Shown one piece after another: positions 29,036-43,654 of a DNA stretch of 64,000 nucleotides. The stretch comes from Eledone cirrhosa (lineage: Eukaryota), in NCBI GenBank assembly GCA_964016885.1, contig OZ024765.1, forward strand, positions 16,926,001 through 16,990,000. The letters are read 5' to 3'. Position numbers and translations under genes: made by a program. The stretch's first letter is position 1, and every line of letters begins with the position of its first letter. The notes below the pieces were generated by a model, which was not told the origin of the DNA, ran no database searches, and saw nothing but the letters and a program-made list of their open reading frames with translations.

Positions 29036-29490
29036 ATGGGTTGCACTTTTTCGGGGGAGGGGAGTGCGACCCCCCAAGACGCCTCCTTCCTATTGAGGAT
29101 TTTGTTATTCAATTTATTTTTGTTATATTTTATATCCTATATTTTTATATTTTGTTATTGCCTCCTCCTTATTGAGGACGCCTTTTTATGTAAACTCCCC
29201 CCATTGTACTTGTCCCACGCTTTGATGCCCTGGTGGCAAATAAAAAGAAAATTATCTATTATCTCTCTCTCGCTCTCTTTCTTTCTTGTCCCTTCAGGCG
29301 CTCACAGCCCTCTACCAAGAAGAAACGGCAATCAGCGGAGACTCCACTTCGGCATTCTATAGGGGATTAGTGGAGGATAAGTGCGACGACATTCTCGTGG
29401 AAACTCTAGGCATCGGGAAGGACGAACTGACCAATCTGTCCGGGAGGACTTTCTGTCCAGGGCCTACGGATAACTCCCGGGTAGCAAGTG
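29036..29490 (+). mobile_element. Probable Tx1/L1-group LINE fragments (3' end with AATAAA, then ORF2 piece)
   Basis: GC-richer coding piece STSAFYRGLVEDKCDDILVETLGIGKDELTNLSGRTFCPGP; family recognised from memory only. Confidence 0.45.
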
Positions 29491-29511
29491 TGAACACGGT
29501 TCAAATTAATA

Positions 29512-29700
29512 ATTGTTTCTACTTTTGGTACAAGGCCATCAATTACCCAGTACATTACTGGTACTTTATTTTATCGACCCCGTAAGGATGAAAGGCAAAG
29601 TTAACCTCGGCGGGATTTGAACTCAGAATGGCAAGGGCCGTAACTCTATGCTTGTAAAGCATGGCGTGCGACTCTCTACCGATACTTCCAACCCACCGCC
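29512..29700 (-). mobile_element. Full-length tRNA-derived SINE, family S1 (Meta/MESC-like central domain), with 15-bp TSD
   Basis: B box GAGTTCAAATCC, core GCCTTTCATCCTTACGGGGTCGATAAAATAAAGTACCAG; CGGTTCAAATTAATA at 29497-29511 and 29701-29715. Other copies/fragments near 23800, 24030, 30840, 30990, 32560, 33940, 34150, 42560, 52450, 53700, 57980, 59000, 61320, 61555. Confidence 0.9.
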
Positions 29701-29814
29701 CGGTTCAAATTAATATTATTAGTTTAACCTTCATTAGATTCCAGCCCAATATATTATGGCTTTCGTCTCCAGCGACCTCTCACTTATTATTTATGAACTC
29801 ATAGACATGTAGCT

Positions 29815-30622
29815 CTACCACCACTACTACTATTACCACCATTACCACTACTACTATCACTACAACTACCACCACTACCACTACTACCACTACTACCACC
29901 ACTACTAATTTTACCACCATTACCACTACTACTATCACTACCACTACCACTACTACCACCACTACCACTACTACCACCACTACTACTATTACCACCACTA
30001 CTACTATTACCACCATTACCACTACTACTATCACTACCACTACTACCACCACCACGTCTACCACTATTACCACCATTACCACTACTACCACCACCACTAC
30101 TATTACCACCATTACCACTACTACTATCACTACCACTACTACCACCACCATTACCACTACTACTATCACTACCACTACTACCACCACCCCCACTACCAAT
30201 ACTACCACCACTACTAATATTACCACCATTACCACTACTACTAACACTACCACTACTACTACTACTACTACCACTACTACCACCACCACCACGTCTACCA
30301 CTATTAACACCATTACCACTACTACTATCACTACCACTACTACCACCACCACTACCACCACCATTACCACTACTACTATCACTACCACTACTACCACCAC
30401 CACCACCACTACCACTATTACCACCATTACCACTACTACTATCACTACCACTACTACCACCACCACCACCACCACTACCACTATTACCACCATTACCACT
30501 ACTACTATCACTACCACTACTACTACTATCACTACCACCACCACCACCACTACCACCACTACTACTACTATCATTACCACTACTACCACCACCACCACCA
30601 CCACCACCACCACGTCTACCAC
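29815..30622. repeat. (ACC/ACT/ATT)n triplet tract
   Basis: Direct inspection. Confidence 0.95.
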
Positions 30623-31219
30623 TGATAAACTGTCTCCTCTAGACACAGCTCCGTGAAAACCTGGCTTTTATCACGATTTATTTGATGAAAGAATTTGTTT
30701 TTCCATTCTTTCAATTTGGATAAAGAGGACCTCTGGAACTTTGGGACGTCTGTACCATTATCAGGGGTACCAGGAAGCCCTCTCATTTAGTTATCTATAT
30801 TTGGCGCAACGCCATAGAAAAGAAAGGAGAGAAAGTCGATAAAATAGCCCCCCCAGTGTATTACTGGTACTTTATTTTATCGACCTCGTAAGGATGAAAG
30901 GCAAAGTTAACCTCGGCACGATTTGAACTCGGAATCACCCACAGCTACTCCATGTTGCAAATAATGGTGCATAGAGTTATAGCTATTTACGTTCTGAGTT
31001 CAAATCCCGCCGAGGTTAACTTTGCCTTTCATCCTTACGGGGTCGATAAAATAAAGTACCAGTAATACACTGGGGTAATTGCTGGCACTGTGCCAAAGGT
31101 AGAAAGAATAATACAAAAAGAAAAAAGAAAAATATTTGTTTACACATTATTCAAGATCTGATCTTTATTTGTGTGTATATGAGGGAGGGAGGGGGGTTAA
31201 CAGTGGTAAGAAGTAGATA

Positions 31220-33050
31220 TAGTTATAGCGAACTTAACTACACAGCCACTCCTGTGGTTATAGCGAACTTAACCTCACAGCCACGCCTGTAGTTATAGCG
31301 AACTTAACCTCACAGCCACTCCTGGGGTTACAGAGAACTTAACCTCACAGCCACTCCTGTGTTTATAGCGAATTTAACCTCACAGCCACTCCTGTGTTTA
31401 TAGCGAATTTAACCACACAGCCAATCCTGTATTTATAGCGAACTTAACCTCACAGCCACTCCTGGGGTTATAGAGAACTTAACCTCACAGTCAATCCTGT
31501 GGTTATAGCGAACTTAACCTCACAGCCACTCCTGTAGTTATAGCGAACTTAACCTCACAGCCACTCCTGTAGTTATAGCGAACTTAACCTCACAGCCACT
31601 CCTGGGGTTATAGAGAACTTAACCTCACAGCCACTCCTGTGTTTATAGCGAATTTAACCACACAGCCACTCCTGTAGTTATAGAGAACTTAACCTCACAG
31701 CCAATCCTGCGGTTATAACGAACTTAACCTCACAGCCACTCCTGTGTTTATAGCGAACTTAACCAGACAGGCACTCCTGTAGTTATAGAGGACTTAACTT
31801 CACAGCCAATCCTGTGGTTATAACGAACTTAATCTCACAGCCACTCCTGGAGTTATAGAGAACTTAACCTCACAGCCACTCCTGTAGTTATAGCGAACTT
31901 AACCACACCCACTCCCGTGGTTATAGAGAACTTAACCTCACAGCCCTGCCAGTGGTTATAGCGAACTTAACCACACCGACACTCCTGTTGTTATAACGAA
32001 CTTAACCTTACAACCCTGCTAGTGGTTATAGAGAACTTAACAACACAGCCAGGCCTATGGTTATAGCGAATCTAACTACACAGCGGTATTCAAGTCTAGA
32101 GCGATCTCCTTAACCGCACATATGTATCTACAGTAATAGCGAACTCCTTAACTACACAAACATGGCTTCATCAATAGCGAATTGCCTAACCATATAACCA
32201 CAACTGTAGCTTCAGTGAATTCCTTAAAAACGTTGCCTTGTCTGCCCCTATTACGAATTCTTACACCACACAGCCACTTCTGCATCTATAGCGAAATCCT
32301 TAACTACACGGCGTCAATTGTATTTTGTATTTGCATGGTCCCATAACTCCTGGTGGAATTGTAGGGTCAATGTATTGACATGCGGCCTTTCTTGGGTACT
32401 TTAAAACCTGGCAGAGCTCATCCCTCTCCAGGTCGAACACAGCAGATATTTTCCCAGAGAGATAGAGAGTTAGAGAGAGAGTGTTAGAGAGAGATAGAGA
32501 GTTAGAGAGAGAGATAGAGCGGGGGGGGGGGTACATCGACCCTAGAACAAGTAATAATACATTTTTTTATAGACCTCGAAAGGATGAAAGGCAAAGTTGA
32601 CCTCGACGGGATTTGAACTCAGAAAACAGAGAGCAGTAATGAATACCGCAAAGCATTCTAGCTGACATTCCAACGAATCTGTTAATTCACCTTGATCTGC
32701 GTCTATAGAAAACTCTTTAATCACACAACAATACCTCCGCATATAGAGACTTCCTTAACTATAAAGTCATACCTGCGTTTATGGCCAACCCGTTAACCAC
32801 ACAGCCACGCCTGTGACCACGGCGAACTGCTTGATCACATATCTACGCCTGTGACCATAGGCGAACTGTTTAACTACAGAGCCACGTCAGTGATTATAGC
32901 GAAGTTAACCACAACAGCCCCCACCTGTGGCCATAGCGAACTGCTTAACCATACGGCCACGACTGTTGCCATAGCGAACTGTTTAACTATAACAGCCCCG
33001 CCTGTTGCCATAGCGAACTTAACTACAACAGCCCCGCCTGTGTCTGTAGA
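31220..33050. repeat. 35-bp minisatellite GTTATAGCGAACTTAACCTCACAGCCACTCCTGT; homogeneous to ~32070, then diverged and interrupted
   Basis: ~24 similar copies then decayed copies; a SINE is inserted at ~32540-32690. Confidence 0.9.
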
Positions 33051-34599
33051 GTAGAATTTTAAATAATTCCATTAGCTTGCTCAATTAAATTGTTGAGAGT
33101 TTAAAAGTCAGTGGCTTGTGGACTTTCGATAACTAATATCACGCCAGCAGTTGTCAAAATCTTCGTGTTCAACTCTACGCAGAACAAATATTTAGTGAGC
33201 AATATTAGATTTATCAAACGAATATTTCGTAAGGGCCTTGCATGCTGCAATCGATTTTCGTTTTGTATCAGTTAAAATTTATTTCATCTATTTATTTTTG
33301 CCATAATTTTGGAAGATACGGATTTTTTTTTATTCGTTGTTTCGATTTTCGTTATATTTTATTTTTATATTTTCGCTCCAGAAATTTTATGTTCTTTATC
33401 AAATGAAGTTGAAACAGTTGAGTCCGCCATTTTGTGTTTGTGAAAAAAAAAAAATCCCATATTCTTAGACTGCATGAAACACATAATAAAGAAAAGCAAT
33501 CGTTACTTGTGACACATCATTAGCGAAGACGGAGCAGGTTTTTATAAGCTTTTTCTATTTTCTGAATTTTCTGTAATGGAATGCAGACGAGAAAACGTGT
33601 ATTATTTTGTGGGCTTTAAAACGTAGAACGTTGCTTGACCAGACGAATGTTATTTGGGTTATGTGGCTCCGTCTCTCTTTAATCTTGTATGTACATGTAT
33701 CGTTGGTTGCTTTTCAGGGAGTTGTAGGGGCACTGTATTGACAGACGACATTTCTAGGGTATTTTTAATACCTGGCGGGGTATTAATTCGTGGTAACAGC
33801 GCAGGAGTATCATTTACAGGTCTGAATACAGCAGAGTTCTCCCTGAGAAGGATTCAGAGTGAGATAATGGAAATGAGAAAGATATATACAGGAAGAATTG
33901 ACCCCAGTACTTGACTGATAGGGATATATCGACCACAGTTGTATGAAAGGCAAAGTTGACCTTGGCGGGATACAAACTGAGAGAGGGCAGAGCTGGAATG
34001 AATACCGCAAGGTATACGACGTCCCAACGAATCTGTCAATTCCCCATCTCCATACATACATACAAACATACAAACATACATACATACATACATACATGAT
34101 GGCTGCCCCCTCGTTATCGAGTATGGCCATTGCACGATATACCATTATTGCCGAGGTTAAATTTGCCTTTTATCCTTATGGGGTTGATAAAATAAAGTAC
34201 CAGTAATACACTGGGTAATTGCTGGCCTTGTGCCTAAAGTAGAAACAATTAATAATTATTAATTAATTCTATCGTACAATGCCTGTGGGTGAAACATTTT
34301 TTTAAAGTGAGGAAAGACTGTGCACTGAGCCAATCCCACTCTCTGAGCGACAGTAGCTATAACCCGAAAAGAAGAAAAGATCAACATCATCGGTAACCAC
34401 TGGGCCGCAGGTTTAATGTCAGAGTTATCCTAGTTTCCTGAGTTGCCTTCTAGAAGAATGTCCAGACGAAGGCTAGGGGTCCTTCATTCTCAGTGGTTTA
34501 ACTGCGCGATCGGGTGTCCAGCCCGACTATTTCTATGTCCCCGTGCATATACATACACATGCACACATGCATATACATACATACATAAACACATACATA

Positions 34600-35030
34600 C
34601 AAAGAGTTCGGACAAGTTTAAGACATCCCGCATTGAAGAATATCTCTATGCAATACAGGAATAAGAAATTCCTACCAAATATCTGCTACACAAAAGAGGA
34701 GGGCCATCAGTCGAATATAAATGTAGGCTTTGTAAAACAAAAATCGAAGATGTTAACCATATTATTGCCAACTATGAAATAATGTCGTCTCGTTCCTACC
34801 TCCCTATGAGACGCGATGTGATAGCTAGAACCATCTGGAACGATTCAAAACATATGAGGAGGAATATGTTGAGATAGATGGCACTAAACAATACTGGTGG
34901 AACCTGAAAATAAAAACTGCAACCAAATTAAAACACAACCGGACTGATATTGTTGTTGGGGACCACACAATGAAAATGTGATCTGTTGTAGAGGTCAGCT
35001 GTCCACTTGATGTCAATATCAGATATTCAA
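34600..35030 (+). mobile_element. R4/Dong-clade LINE fragment (zinc knuckle + restriction-like endonuclease)
   Basis: EEYLYAIQE*EIPTKYL..KCRLCKTKIEDVNHII..LPMRRDVIA..YWWNLKIKTATKLKHNRTDIVV..VVEVSCPLDVN. Confidence 0.8.
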
Positions 35031-35502
35031 AACAACAAACAGCGGAGGACGCGTTTCGCACCTGTCCGACACACAACCTTTCCCCCACCCCAGAAAAAAA
35101 ACCCAGTTGATGGATGTGAATCCGAAATATATAGGGACAATTAAATCTCTCCCAAGGTAACTCTCTCTCGTGTTGTTATTTTTATTTTATCCTTTATACT
35201 CTTTCTTTCATTCTTCTACACATCTTATACACACCACGCATCTCAACGTACACCCACTTACATCTCTCTCTCCACCACCGGATCTTGTTACCCGGAGATT
35301 TACCCATTTGCATTGTCGAGGCTTCCAAACGACTTAAAGATATTTACATATATATATATATATATATATAGCGGCGATGAATTAGTTTTGCGAGGTTTTT
35401 TATATGAAATCGTGTGTCAAACAAGCAAATAAATAAATAAATATATAGACAGACTGAATAAAAATGGCGTAGACATACAATACAACAGGAGGAAAATATA
35501 AC

Positions 35503-35544
35503 ACCACTGACGATGTTGCAGATGTGCAACGAAAGATTTATGAT
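35503..35544 (+). ncRNA. Minimal hammerhead-like motif in a PLE 3' region
   Basis: CTGACGA-T-GTTGCA/TGCAAC-GAAA-GATT-TA; stem I is weak. Confidence 0.5.
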
Positions 35545-35750
35545 AAACTATATATATGTGTTTGTGTCTATATTGTATCTGTATTATTTTTGACCGTCGG
35601 TCAGTCAATGGCAACATTGAGGACCGAGTAAGTTAGATTACCGATATAAAAGACACAGATGCGAGAAGCGAAAACCAACCAAACAGTGAGTGTGTTCTGT
35701 TATTAATTCTGGCAATATTACACAAATATGACCCTCCCCAAGTATAACTA

Positions 35751-35795
<45 letters not shown>

Positions 35796-36039
35796 GTATA
35801 TATATTTATTTATATAAATATATGTATATAGTATATATATATATATTCAATGATATTAAATATATGGAAACTATATTTATAAAACCATATTTATTCTATT
35901 ATATATATTTCAAGGGTACCAAAACTTTGGTACGCTATCATCAAATAAAATACGAAATTTATAAAGTGTATTTTATAAATTTTGACATAACCAAGGAAAA
36001 TACCTATATATTTATTTAGATATAGATATATATCCAAGT

Positions 36040-39000
36040 CGCTCTTCAGTCACCAATGACTATGTAATTTCCACCTAGAAAGTTCCCCTCTGAGGCACAA
36101 GTCCGGACAAGGTTGTTTGTGGGAGACCATCAGTCTCCTATGTATACTAGTCTCACCTCTACAGGACACCGATGTTGTCCAAGGGAAAGGCAATTGCTGA
36201 TACACCTTGGTACCAGTAATATCACAATTTACAATATATACACGATATATACTCAAGATATACACTCTATACTGTATATATACACGATATATACTCAAGA
36301 TATACACTCTATACTGTATATATACACGATATATACTCAAGATATACACTCTATACTCTACATATACACTCTATACTCTATATATACACTATATTCTCAA
36401 CATATACACACTATACTCAATATATACACTATATACTCTATATATATACACTATATTCTCAACATATACACTATATACTCTATATATACACTCCATATTC
36501 TAAATACATACACTCTATACTCTATATATACACTATATCCTCAACATATACATTATATACTCTATATATACACTCTATACTCAAGATATATATTATACTC
36601 TATATATACACTCTATACTCAAGATATACATTATACTCTATATATACACTATATAGTCAATATATACACTCTATACACTATATATACACTCTATACTCAA
36701 TATATACACTCTATACTGTATATATACACGATATATACTCAAGATATACACTCTATACTCTACATATACACTCTATACTCTACATATACACTCTATACTC
36801 TATATATACACTATATACTCTATACTCAAAATATACACTCTATACTCTATATATACACTATATTCTCAACATATACACTCTATACTCAATATATACACTA
36901 TATACTCAACACATACATTATACTCTATATATACACTATATAGTCAATATATATACTCTATACACTATATATGATGTTGTCCAAGTGAAAGACAATGACT
37001 GATACAGCTTGGTAACAGTAACATCACAACATATAATATATACACTATATATACAATATATATACAATATATATAATATATACACTATATATGATGTTGT
37101 CCAAGTGAAAGACAATGGCTGATACAGCTTGGTAACAGTAACATCACAACATATAATATATACACTATATATACAATATATATACAATATATATAATATA
37201 TACACTATATATGATGTTGTCCAAGTGAAAGACAATGGCTGATACAGCTTGGTAACAGTAACATCACAACATATAATATATACACTATATATACAATATA
37301 TATACAATATATATAATATATACACTATATATGATGTTGTCCAAGTGAAAGTCAATGACTGATACAGCTTGGCACCAGTGACATCACAACATATATGTAA
37401 TATATACACTATATATACACTATATATACATTATATATACAATATATATGTAGTTGTCCAAGGGAAAGGCAATGACTGATACAGCTTGGCACCAGTGACA
37501 TCACAACTATATATGTAATATATACACTATATATACACTATACATGTACTTTATATATACACTATATATACACTATATATACATTATATATACACTATAT
37601 ATGATGTTGTCCAAGTGAAAGACAATGGCCGATACAGCTTGGCACCAGTGACATCACAACATATATGTCATATATACACTATATATACACTATATATACA
37701 TTATATATACACTATATATGTAGTTGTCCAAGGTATAGACAATGGCTGATACAGCTTGGCACCAGTGACATCACAACATATATGTCATATATACACTATA
37801 TATACACTATATATACATTATATATACACTATATGTGTAGTTGTCCAAGGTATAGACAATGGCCGATACAGCTTGGCACCAGTGACATCACAACATATAT
37901 GTCATATATACACTATATATACACTATACATACATTATATATACACTATATATGTAGTTGTCCAAGGTATAGACAATGGCTGATACAGCTTGGCACCAGT
38001 GACATCACAACATATATGTAATATATACACTATATATACACTATACATACATTATATATACACTATATGTGTAGTTGTCCAAGGTATAGACAATGGCCGA
38101 TACAGCTTGGCACCAGTGACGTCACAACATATATGTAATATATACACTATATATACACTATATATACATTATATATACACTATATGTGTAGTTGTCCAAG
38201 GTATAGACAATGGCTGATACAGCTTGGCACCAGTGACATCACAACATATATGTCATATATACACTATATATACACTATATATACACTATATATACACTAT
38301 ATATGTAGTTGTCCAAGGTATAGACAATGGCTGATACAGCTTGGCACCAGTGACGTCACAACATATATGTAATATATACACTATATATACACTATACATG
38401 TACTTTATATATACACTATATATACACTATATATACACTATATATACACTATATATGTAGTTGTCCAAGGTATAGACAATGGCTGATACAGCTTGGCACC
38501 AGTGACATCACAACATATATGTCATATATACACTATATATACACTATATATACACTATATATAGTATATATACACTATATATGATGTTGTCTAATGGAAA
38601 GACAATGGCTGATACAGCTTGGCACCAGTGACATCACAACATATATGTCATATATACACTATATATACACTATATATACACTATATATAGTATATATACA
38701 CTATATATGATGTTGTCTAATGGAAAGACAATGGCTGATACAGCTTGGCACCAGTGACGTCACAACATATATGTCATATATACACTATATATACACTATA
38801 TATACACTATATATACACTATATATACACTATATATGATGTTGTCTAATGGAAAGACAATGGCTGATACAGCTTGGCACCAGTGACGTCACAACATATAT
38901 GTCATATATACACTATATATACACTATATATACACTATATATACACTATATATACACTATATATACAATATATATACAATATATATGTAGTTGTCCAAGG

Positions 39001-39287
39001 GAAAGGCAATGGCTGATACAGCTTGGCACCAGTGACGTCACAACATATATGTCATATATACACTATATATACACTATATATACACTATATATGATGTTGT
39101 CCAAGGGAAAGGCAATGGCTGATACAGCTTGGCACCAATGACGTCACAACTCATTTTTACAGCTGAGTAAACTGGAGCAACGTGAAATAAAGTGTCTTGC
39201 TCAAGGACACAACACATCACCCGGTCTGAGAGTTGAACTCACAACCTTCCGATTGCAAGGCCAATGCTCTAACCACTAAGCCATGCG
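36040..39287 (-). mobile_element. CORE-type tRNA SINE (family S2) split by an internal minisatellite expansion
   Basis: Head and CORE-like domain (GTGTCCTTGAGCAAGACACTT) at 39150-39287, 3' part at 36040-36228; the ~55-bp segment between them is repeated ~19 times with TA spacers. Confidence 0.85.
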
Positions 39288-40366
39288 TGTGTGTGTGTCT
39301 GTCTGTGTTTGAGTGTGTGCGCGTGTATGTGTGTTTAGGTTTGTGTGTGAGTGTGTGTGCGTGTATGTTTGTGTGCGGGCTTGTGTGTACGCGTGTGTGA
39401 GTGTGTGTACGTGTGTGTGTGCGTGTGTGTGGGTTTGTGTGTGAGAGTGTGTGAGTGGGGGGGGTCTGTGTGTGTGTGTGTGTGGGGGTGTGTGAGTGTG
39501 AGTGTGTGTGCGTGTATGTGCGTGTGCGCGTGCGTGTGCGTGTGTGAGTGTGTGCATGTGTGCGTGTGTGTGTGTGTGTGTGGGTGGGGGGTCTCTGTGT
39601 GTGCGTGTATGCGCGTGTGTGTCTGTGTGTGAGTGTGCGTGAGTGTGCGGACGTGTGTGTGTATATGTGTGTGTGAGTGGGTGTGTGTGAATTAGTGTAT
39701 GTGCGTGCATGTGTCTGTGTGTGTGTGTGTGTGGGTTTGTGTGTCTGTGTGTCTGTGTGTGAGTGGGTTTGAGTGTGGGTTTGTGTGGGTTTCTGTGTCT
39801 GTCTGTGCGTGCGTGTGCGTGTGCGTGTGTGTGTGTGAGTGTGTGCATGTGTGTGTGGGTGGGGGGTCTCTGTGTGTGCGTGTATGCGCGTGTGTGTCTG
39901 TGTGTGAGTGTGCGTGAGTGTGCGGACGTGTGTGTGTATATGTGTGTGTGAGTGGGTGTGTGTGAATTAGTGTATGTGCGTGTATGTGTCTGTGTGTGTG
40001 TGTGTGTGGGTTTGTGTGTCTGTGTGTCTGTGTGTGAGTGGGTTTGAGTGTGGGTTTGTGTGGGTTTCTGTGTCTGTCTGTGTGTGTGTGTGCGTGTGTG
40101 TGTGCGTATTTGTGTGTGGGTTTGTGTGTCTGCCTGTGAGTGAGTGTGTGTATCTGTGTGCGTGTATGTGTGCGTGTTTGTGTGTTTGTGGGGGTCTGTG
40201 TGTCTGTGTGTGTGTGCGTGTATGTGTGTCTATGTGTGAGTAAGTGTGTGTTCGTGTATGTGTGTGTTTGTGTGTGTGTGGGGGGCGTCTGTGTGTGTGG
40301 ATCTGTGTGTGTGTGTGTTTGTGTGTGTGTGTTTGTCCCATCTGCGAGTGTACGAATTGCTAGATC

Positions 40367-40402
<36 letters not shown>

Positions 40403-41660
40403 TGAAAGAGGGAGTGAGAGAGATAGGGAGAGAGAGATGGGGGAGGGAGAGAGAGATGGGGGGAGGTAGAGAGAGATGGGGGAAGGGAGAGAGAGATAGG
40501 AAGAGAGAGATGGGGGTAGGGAGAGAGAGAGACAGGGAGGGAGAAAGGGAAGAAGAACAATGAGAGAAAGAGATAAAGGGAGAGTGAGAGAGACAGAAAA
40601 GAAACGCATAACCACCGCCACCACCAACAATACCACCATCACCACCACCATCACAACCACTACTACACCACCACCACCACCACCACCACCACCACTACTA
40701 CACCAACAACAACAACACAAACAAACCAGCGAGCGAGATAAAGGAAGGATGTTTTATGTAACACGGCTGTGTTGAGGTGTTTTAAATATGGAATAACAAC
40801 AACAACAACAACAGCAACAACCACAACTATCACAATAACAGCAACAGCAACAACAACAACTATCACAACTACCACAACAACAACCACAACAACAAAAACA
40901 ACGACTACTTCACCAACAACACCACCGCCACCACCACTAACCTCACCACCACCATCACTAACCTCACCACCAACAACAACAAACACACCACCACCATTAA
41001 CATCACCACCACCAACAACAACCACACCACCACCACCACCATAACTAACCTCACCACCATCACCAACAACAACCACACCACCATCACTAACATCACCACC
41101 ACCATCACTAACAACAACAACCACACCACCATCACTAACCTCACCACCACCACCAACAACAACCACACCACCATCACTAACATCACCACCACCACCAACA
41201 ACAACAACAACACCACCACTAACCTTACCACCAACAACAACAACAACACCACTAACCTCACCACCAACAACAACCACACCACCACTAACATCACCACCAC
41301 CACCACCACCATAACTAACCTCACCACCACCACCAACAACAACCACACCACCACCATTAACACCACCACCACCAACAACAACAACCACACCACCACCATT
41401 AACATCACTAACCTCACCACCACTAACAACAACAACCACACCACCACCATTAACATCACCACCACCAACAACAACAACCACACCACCACTAACCTCACCA
41501 CCAACAACAACCACACCACCACTAACATCACCACCACCACCATCACTAACCACACCACCACCACCACCACTAACATCACCACCACCACCAACAACCACAC
41601 CACCACCACTAACATCACCACCACTAACAACAACAACCACACCACCAACACCACCACACC
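39288..41660. repeat. (GT)n, (GA)n and (ACC/AAC)n tracts
   Basis: Direct inspection; includes a ~275-bp duplication within the GT tract. Confidence 0.95.
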
Positions 41661-41829
41661 ACTCAGCATCAGCAGTGTTTTCTATGGAATTACAGTTCAA
41701 CGACAGCTACCGAACTGTTGTCGTCTGCTTTCTTCAATTCCTCTAACAGGTCTGTATCTCTTAGAATTTATTGTTTTATATGTTTCAACCTCATACCAAA
41801 CAGACAATTATTATAGCTACATGTTTAGA

Positions 41830-41860
<31 letters not shown>

Positions 41861-42011
41861 AACGAAGGAAATGTGGTAAGGAACCAGGTTGACCATAACG
41901 CACCAAAGTACTCAATACTTAGGGTAGTAGAGTGGGTAATAGGAACGAGTAGGACCCCGACGGGTGAGCTCAAGCCGTTTCGACGTCCAGCCGTCGGGGT
42001 CCTACTCGTTC

Positions 42012-42048
<37 letters not shown>

Positions 42049-42829
42049 TATATATATATACACACATACATATATACACACACATATATATATGTATACA
42101 CACACACATATATATATATATGTATACACACATATATATATATATACACACACATATATATATACACATATAATATAAGATCAAAAGATGGTTAAAAGAG
42201 TTCCAAGTATTTTATTATGCACATTTCAAAAACAAATATCGTCATGGGATGATATCTGCGTTTTCATCAGATAAAATAGGGATGCATGATATGAAGCTTA
42301 AAAAACACTTGTGAATAGTGAAGTTTTAAATCAACATATGAAAAATAATTTAAGATGAAAACGCAGATATCATCCCATGATGATATTTGTTTTTGAAATA
42401 ATAAATATACTTGGAACTCTTTTAACCATCTTTTGATCTTATATATTTATACTCCAGTCCTACAAACTGTAGAGTGCTACTTATCCGATATCTGCATTGC
42501 TTTATTGTACTACAATAAAACTCACCTCCTACATACATATATACACATATATATATATATAATTGTTTCTACTTTTTGGCACAAGGCCAGCAATAACCCA
42601 GTGCATTACTGGTACTTTATTTTATCGACCCCGTAAGGATGAAAGGCAAAGTCAACCTCGGCGGGACTTTGCCTTTCATCTATAATGATATATATGTGTG
42701 TGTGTGCACACAAACACACATACACACATATATATATATAATGTTATATGTGTGTGTGTGTGCACAAAGACACACACACATACACACATATATATATATA
42801 TATATATATATGCGTACACAACTAAGGTT

Positions 42830-43080
42830 ATGCTGCACGTCGGGCTGAGGAGGCCAAACTCCTCAAATGCCGGTCGCTCTCCGACAGGTTTGCGGTCGTA
42901 CCCCTGGCAGTGGAGACTTCTGGTGTTCTAGGGCCTAGGGCTACTACCTCCCTACTCACCACCATAGGCGCTGAGCTGTCCAGCCGCAGGTGTCAACCCG
43001 GCGAGTTGGAGTGGCATTTCCAGCGCGTCTCCCTTCTCCCTTGCCGTCCTCCGAGGGAACGCCTTCTCCATCCTGTCCGC
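42830..43080 (+). mobile_element. CRE-clade LINE 3' fragment
   Basis: AARRAEEAKLLKC..FAVVPLAVETSGVLGP..FQRVSL/AVLRGNAFSIL, typical CRE endonuclease C-terminus. Confidence 0.75.
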
Positions 43081-43199
43081 CGGGGCTGTGTGTATGTGTG
43101 GGGGTGTGGGTGGGTGGGGGGGGGGGCGTAATCGCGTAACATTCCATATTTAAGTATGTGCACTGGCAACAGTAGGGTTGTAAAAGAAATTCTATTTTT

Positions 43200-43202
43200 A
43201 GC

Positions 43203-43245
<43 letters not shown>

Positions 43246-43630
43246 CATACACACTCAAATGCATAAATATATAAGCATATATATATATATATATAAATAT
43301 ATATATGCGTACACACTCAAATGCATAAATATATAAGCATATATATATATATATAAATATATATATGCGTACACACTCAAATGCATAAATATATAAGCAT
43401 ATATATATATATAAATATATATATGCGTACACACTCAAATGCATAAATATATAAGCATATATATATATATAAATATATATGCGTACACACTCAAATGCAT
43501 AAATATATAAGCATATATATATATATATAAATATATATATGCGTACACACTCAAATGCATAAATATATAAGCATATATATATGCGTACACACTCAAATGC
43601 ATAAATATATAAGCATATATATATACATGC
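43200..43630. repeat. ~60-bp minisatellite GCGTACACACTCAAATGCATAAATATATAAGCATAT..
   Basis: ~7 copies; one inverted copy at ~44650-44680. Confidence 0.9.
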
Positions 43631-43654
43631 TAAAAATAGAATTATATATATATA

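Noticed and set aside
36971-39150. CRISPR-like repeat-spacer array
   Set aside because: Eukaryotic context, repeat is a SINE segment, spacers are related low-complexity sequence, no cas genes.
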